From the NCBI GenBank assembly GCA_028534125.1, contig CM052832.1, positions 6,512,001 through 6,576,000 on the forward strand: DNA of 64,000 nt. The letters run 5' to 3'. The notes beneath the pieces were generated by a model, which saw nothing but the letters and a program-made list of their open reading frames with translations, was not told the origin of the DNA and did no database searches. Below, in pieces: positions 61,201 through 64,000 of this stretch (its first letter is position 1; the number at the start of each line of letters is the position of its first letter). Source of the stretch: Lama glama (Eukaryota). The translations under genes and the position numbers were made by a program.

Positions 61201-63986
61201 TAAGTATTTGTGCACCTTACCGATTATTTTCCTTAGTATAAATTTATATAACTTGGTTCTTTTAAGCTTCAGGTATTGTCTAAAACAGGTGGAATGTCTC
61301 TGCTGAATATATGAACATGTTCCCAGGAATCTGGATGATGGAAGACATTTCAGATGGGATCATCTCTGTCAAGTAGGGGCAGAGGCTCACATTTTCTGTC
61401 CTGCGGGCCAGCTGGTCAGGGTTCCTTGCTGTGGGCGCTGAAGTATTCACTGCTCTTTCCTAGTGGAGTCTGAGCAGGTCCGATTTTTGCTCCTGTAACC
61501 ATTACTTTCTTTTTTTTTTTTCTGAATAAGTGAAAATGGTCAAACACTGTCTGCTTTCTTTGATTTGCTCTATTCCAAGAGCAAAGAGGAAAAAAAAATT
61601 TTTTAAGTGTTGGAAAATATGAATAATTAAGAAATTTTAATTATCTTCTCAAGGTATTAAAATATGCAGTAAAACTACACTAATTAAAGTGGCATATACT
61701 GGTGTCAGACCAGTATGTTTAAAAATAATAATAACGACAACAAAAAACTAAAACTACCCTTACTAGGTAAAGCACCAGAGGGAAGTCTGGCCAGTTGATG
61801 GCTGTCTTTTGTTGTCTGCACTCTGGTTGTTTTCCTTTCTAGTTTTATCTATTTTTCTGAATTTTCCAAAATTTCTAGGGAGCAGTTTTTAATCACACGA
61901 AAGAGTATACTTTTAATTTTTAAAATGCTTTTTTTTTTTTAGCAACTAATACCAACCAAGCTCCTGACCAAGGTTAGAAAGAAAGTGTTCTTTGGGGCTC
62001 CTCTGATTGATACGTTACCTTTACAGAATTCCTCTTTTCTCAAGAGTCTGCATTCTTTGCACCCACTTTGGTCTTAGCATCCTTCTTGAGTCACAGCAGA
62101 GACTCCTTCTCGCCCCTCTCAGAGAGCCCATCTCCAGACTAGCAGACGAAGCTCATCTGGCCTCACAGCATCCCCGTGCGGTGGGCTGGCCAGGTTTGCC
62201 TCTGTCTACCTGGCAGGTGCGGTTATGGCGAGACAGAGTTGTGACTTCCCCTTGCTGCGATCTGTGTCCCTGTACTCTGTTTTGTCTCCCTCTTGGGCTT
62301 TCTCTTCATCTGCCGTGTTAACAACGACAGGGCTGTTTGAAGTGGGCGTGATAATGTCCGTTTGCTCAGAGGGTTCCTTTGATACAACCAGCTTTCACAT
62401 TCTTTTCTGCAGCTCATCAGCCTGGCTTTTGCTGCTGCAACGGGGACTTCTGTCTGGTCTTCTCCCTGTTGTTAATGTGAACACTCTTACTGAGGCCTCC
62501 TTTTAAGTCTTCCTGTACTAGCCTGTTTTGTAGGAGGGACCATCAGCATCTCCACATCATGATCATAGGTCAGCAGCCACCGAAGAGGGCTGTCAAGGGG
62601 AGGGGAAGGGCAGCAGCTGCCTGGATTGGATGCATACCCCACGGCTGCCCCCAAACCCATCAGGGCCCTCCCCAGCTGATTTCAGAGCCAGTCCTGATCC
62701 CTCTAAGCCTCCGTTCCAGCAGAGCTAGAGCAAAACTGGGCTCTCACAGGTCTCTTTCTGCTTTCAAAACGGTAAGAAGGTACAAGCACAAGCCTCCGTC
62801 TCTCCCCGTTTTGATCTGACCCTCTCCAGGCATCCTGGTACTCAGCTCCCATTGGAGCCAACAGGGCTTCTCTTGGGTTAAAAGCACGATGAATCCCTCC
62901 CTCCCCACACTCCACTCGCTGCTCCTGTAAAAAGACATGGTTTTAATTGCAAGGTGCCAACGTTCTAGATACATCGACATGAAGTAAGTATTTTGCAGAC
63001 AGCTGGAGGACACTTCACAGTTATGCAGGGTGAAACAGGTGTGCCTTCTGATGATCGCCAATGGGAGTTACTAATAAAATGCCTTCACCTTGGTGAAGTT
63101 GGTCGCTCTCTGGCGATCTCACGCAGTGGGTGGGTGCTTTGTCCTCTGGTTCCTGAACAGGGTGATGCCAGGGTGATTTTGTGAGGTGGTTTTTAGTTCC
63201 TGGTTGTGGTTTGAAAACCTGTTACAACGTGAATGGAGAAGGACCACGCAGACATATGGTCTGGCATCAGCTTCACAACCACCACGTCCTCAAACATGAA
63301 ACCAACCCAATAAACACACAACACCTGCTTTGTCCTACATCTTTCTAACCAGTTGTCTTCATAGTCTTCCTGCCCTAACTAACAACTCCTGCTAGAGCAG
63401 AACAAACAAACAAACAGAGTCTCCTGCTCCTTCCCTGACGCTCTGTCAGTGTCCCCAAGGACGGGACACCCCCCGCCCCTGTTCTCTGTGCCAGTGTGGC
63501 CGGTGTCCTGTCTGAGAGTTAGAGTCTCCTGTTCCCGAACCTGGAAATCCACTGTGGTTTCCATCCGCAGGAGCACTTGCTGCAAACCCCAATATCGAGC
63601 ATCAAAAGCTGCCATAGAGTGGAATTAAAGCAGTTTCTAAAAATTTCACAATTACCTAATATTTTCCCCCCTTTCGCCCCATGTAACCACAGATAATGTA
63701 CATGTAACTGATCAGCATTAATAATCAGTCATTGCCTATGTTGGAAAAGCTCCAGGGAGGAGGTTTTCTCACCATTGATTATACACATACGTCTTCTCTG
63801 TAGTATAGATGTAGCACTGTTTTTAATGATGCAAAATCTCTTTAAAGCAGATTTCAAAAAATGACTGCGAACCGATTTTTTCTGTCACAGAATTACACGG
63901 TGCCTCCTGGTGACCTGTTGATGTTGTCTCCGTTTTGGGTACATAGAAATCCAAAGTATTTTCCCGAACCAGAACTGTTCAAACCT
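22937..63986 (+). CDS. CYP39A1: Cytochrome P450 39A1 (24-hydroxycholesterol 7-alpha-hydroxylase), spliced CDS exons 1-9 (387 aa); 3' exons with the heme Cys lie right of the window
   Basis: Exons of 177,136,175,150,94,108,91,134,96 nt join in frame; N-terminal membrane anchor, [12 protein letters not shown] motif, I-helix [14 protein letters not shown]-helix ETIR, PELFKP meander; head-to-head with SLC25A27 as in other mammals. Confidence 0.96.
24107..24122 (+). promoter_or_regulatory. Perfect DR4 nuclear-receptor element (candidate LXR/RXR or TR/RXR site)
   Basis: AGGTCA-AGCA-AGGTCA in CYP39A1 intron 1; function untested. Confidence 0.45.
24115..25150 (-). mobile_element. Old L1 (L1M) ORF2 remnant
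   Basis: caaggtcacaaagatt...tctatgatccacttagagataa...gggaaaagcgttcagtatttcac antisense ORF2 pattern. Confidence 0.8.
26350..28810 (+). mobile_element. Fragmented old L1: 5' region, ORF1 remnant and ORF2 reverse-transcriptase remnant; interrupted by a solo LTR
   Basis: 28302-28640 translates to [20 protein letters not shown]...[12 protein letters not shown]...[27 protein letters not shown] and [14 protein letters not shown]1-like gaaattttggaactgaaaaaatacaataactgaa near 27905. Confidence 0.8.
26770..27149 (-). mobile_element. Solo LTR (380 bp) of an endogenous retrovirus
   Basis: TG...CA termini with imperfect inverted ends (TGTCAGC/GCTCACA); exact 5-bp TSD GTAAC at 26765-26769 and 27150-27154; AATAAA on minus strand at 26890-26895. 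Confidence 0.85.
29398..29984 (-). mobile_element. MER74-like ERVL solo LTR
   Basis: Reverse complement resembles the remembered MER74 consensus (ttcttgatgc, gcctttcctatggaaaccaacc); TGT...ACA ends; TTGGA on both flanks. Confidence 0.65.
30934..31069 (+). CDS. CYP39A1: CYP39A1 exon 2
   Basis: [48 protein letters not shown] acceptor, GTAAAC donor. Confidence 0.95.
32157..32352 (-). mobile_element. Young lineage-specific L1 3' tail
   Basis: ttttttaacattttttattgatttataatc...gagctaccataagatcttgtatatatttccctgtgctatacag resembles camelid L1 3' ends. Confidence 0.75.
33208..33382 (+). CDS. CYP39A1: CYP39A1 exon 3
   Basis: [62 protein letters not shown] acceptor, GTAAAT donor. Confidence 0.95.
34838..34987 (+). 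CDS. CYP39A1: CYP39A1 exon 4
   Basis: [53 protein letters not shown] acceptor, GTAGAG donor. Confidence 0.94.
35932..36025 (+). CDS. CYP39A1: CYP39A1 exon 5
   Basis: [34 protein letters not shown] acceptor, GTAAGT donor. Confidence 0.95.
36464..36607 (+). mobile_element. tRNA-Ala-derived SINE (camelid Vic-1-like)
   Basis: GGGGAGGGTATAGCTCAAGTGGTAGAG (A box), CTTAGCATG anticodon-like loop, GGTTCAACCTCC (B box), AT-rich tail. Confidence 0.85.
36618..36840 (+). mobile_element. 5'-truncated L1 3' tail
   Basis: tactatatataaaatagataaacaacaaggacctactgtatagcac...poly-A; similar to the 3870-4060 copy. Confidence 0.85.
36882..37020. mobile_element. MER5A-like MITE
   Basis: tgtggttctc...ggtcccctagaccag...tcagaaaccctggg...cttccaggtggttctg. 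Confidence 0.6.
38670..38935 (+). mobile_element. MIR SINE
   Basis: gggttcggatcccagc...cttcctcagacgtaaaatg...gcaaagcacttcaaacac. Confidence 0.75.
39560..41345 (+). mobile_element. Internally deleted old L1 (L1MC-like): 5' region, ORF1 N-terminus, ORF2 endonuclease start, 3' UTR
   Basis: ORF1-like [12 protein letters not shown]...[11 protein letters not shown]...[15 protein letters not shown]-like ITLN...LNALIKRQ and [10 protein letters not shown]; 3' UTR atctctgtacttcc...aacctaaaactgctct. Confidence 0.82.
41579..41686 (+). CDS. CYP39A1: CYP39A1 exon 6
   Basis: [42 protein letters not shown] tandem acceptor, GTAAGT donor. Confidence 0.94.
45605..46560 (-). mobile_element. L1 3' UTR plus ORF2 C-terminal remnant
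   Basis: cccaccaacagtgtaggagggttcccttttctccacatcctcaccagc...gagcatcttttcatgtgtctgttggccatc. Confidence 0.9.
47241..47331 (+). CDS. CYP39A1: CYP39A1 exon 7
   Basis: [34 protein letters not shown] acceptor, GTACTA donor. Confidence 0.94.
49155..49640 (-). mobile_element. L1 ORF2 fragment
   Basis: ttgaaccacccttgcattcctgggata...ggtagaattcacccagtgaag. Confidence 0.8.
52715..52943 (+). mobile_element. L1 ORF2 fragment
   Basis: ttctttgaaaagataaacaaattgataa...accacagaaatacaaagg...ggacaacctggaagaaatggataaattcc. Confidence 0.85.
55202..55242. repeat. (TG)20 microsatellite
   Basis: Direct reading. Confidence 0.95.
59065..59198 (+). CDS. CYP39A1: CYP39A1 exon 8
   Basis: [44 protein letters not shown] (ExxR motif); CAG acceptor, GTGAGC donor. 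Confidence 0.95.
60340..61035 (-). mobile_element. L1 ORF2 fragment
   Basis: cttgttcctgatcttaaggggaaagc...cattaagtatgatg...gctttttctgcatcagttgat. Confidence 0.82.
63891..63986 (+). CDS. CYP39A1: CYP39A1 exon 9
   Basis: [35 protein letters not shown] acceptor, GTAAGT donor. Confidence 0.95.
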
Positions 63987-64000
63987 GTAAGTTATCTCTT

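Noticed and set aside
62050..62560. Minus-strand K/E-rich translation suggesting a processed pseudogene
   Set aside because: Multiple stops, no recognisable parent protein, no poly-A tail or TSD
1..64000. CRISPR arrays, operons or other prokaryote-type systems
   Set aside because: Spliced mammalian locus; no repeat-spacer array or foreign coding island seen

Overview
Mammalian genomic DNA, most likely camelid (a tRNA-Ala-derived Vic-1-like SINE and camelid-type L1 3' ends). It holds the head-to-head pair SLC25A27 (UCP4, minus strand, coding exons 1-8, 900 nt; last exon beyond the left edge) and CYP39A1 (24-hydroxycholesterol 7-alpha-hydroxylase, plus strand, coding exons 1-9, 1161 nt; heme-Cys exons beyond the right edge). 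The start codons are 590 bp apart across a CpG-island bidirectional promoter. I checked all 17 exons by hand: GT-AG boundaries, consistent phase, no stops. Introns are filled with L1, L2, MIR, MER5, LTR and SINE relics, and there is one 100-N gap. I found no new protein-coding system. The best leads are regulatory: a perfect DR4 (LXR-type) element in CYP39A1 intron 1, a strong-context uORF ahead of a weak UCP4 AUG, a strong in-frame alternative acceptor at CYP39A1 exon 7, and an intact solo LTR pointing at SLC25A27. Comparisons with human proteins and repeat consensus sequences are from memory, not from a search, and repeat boundaries are approximate.
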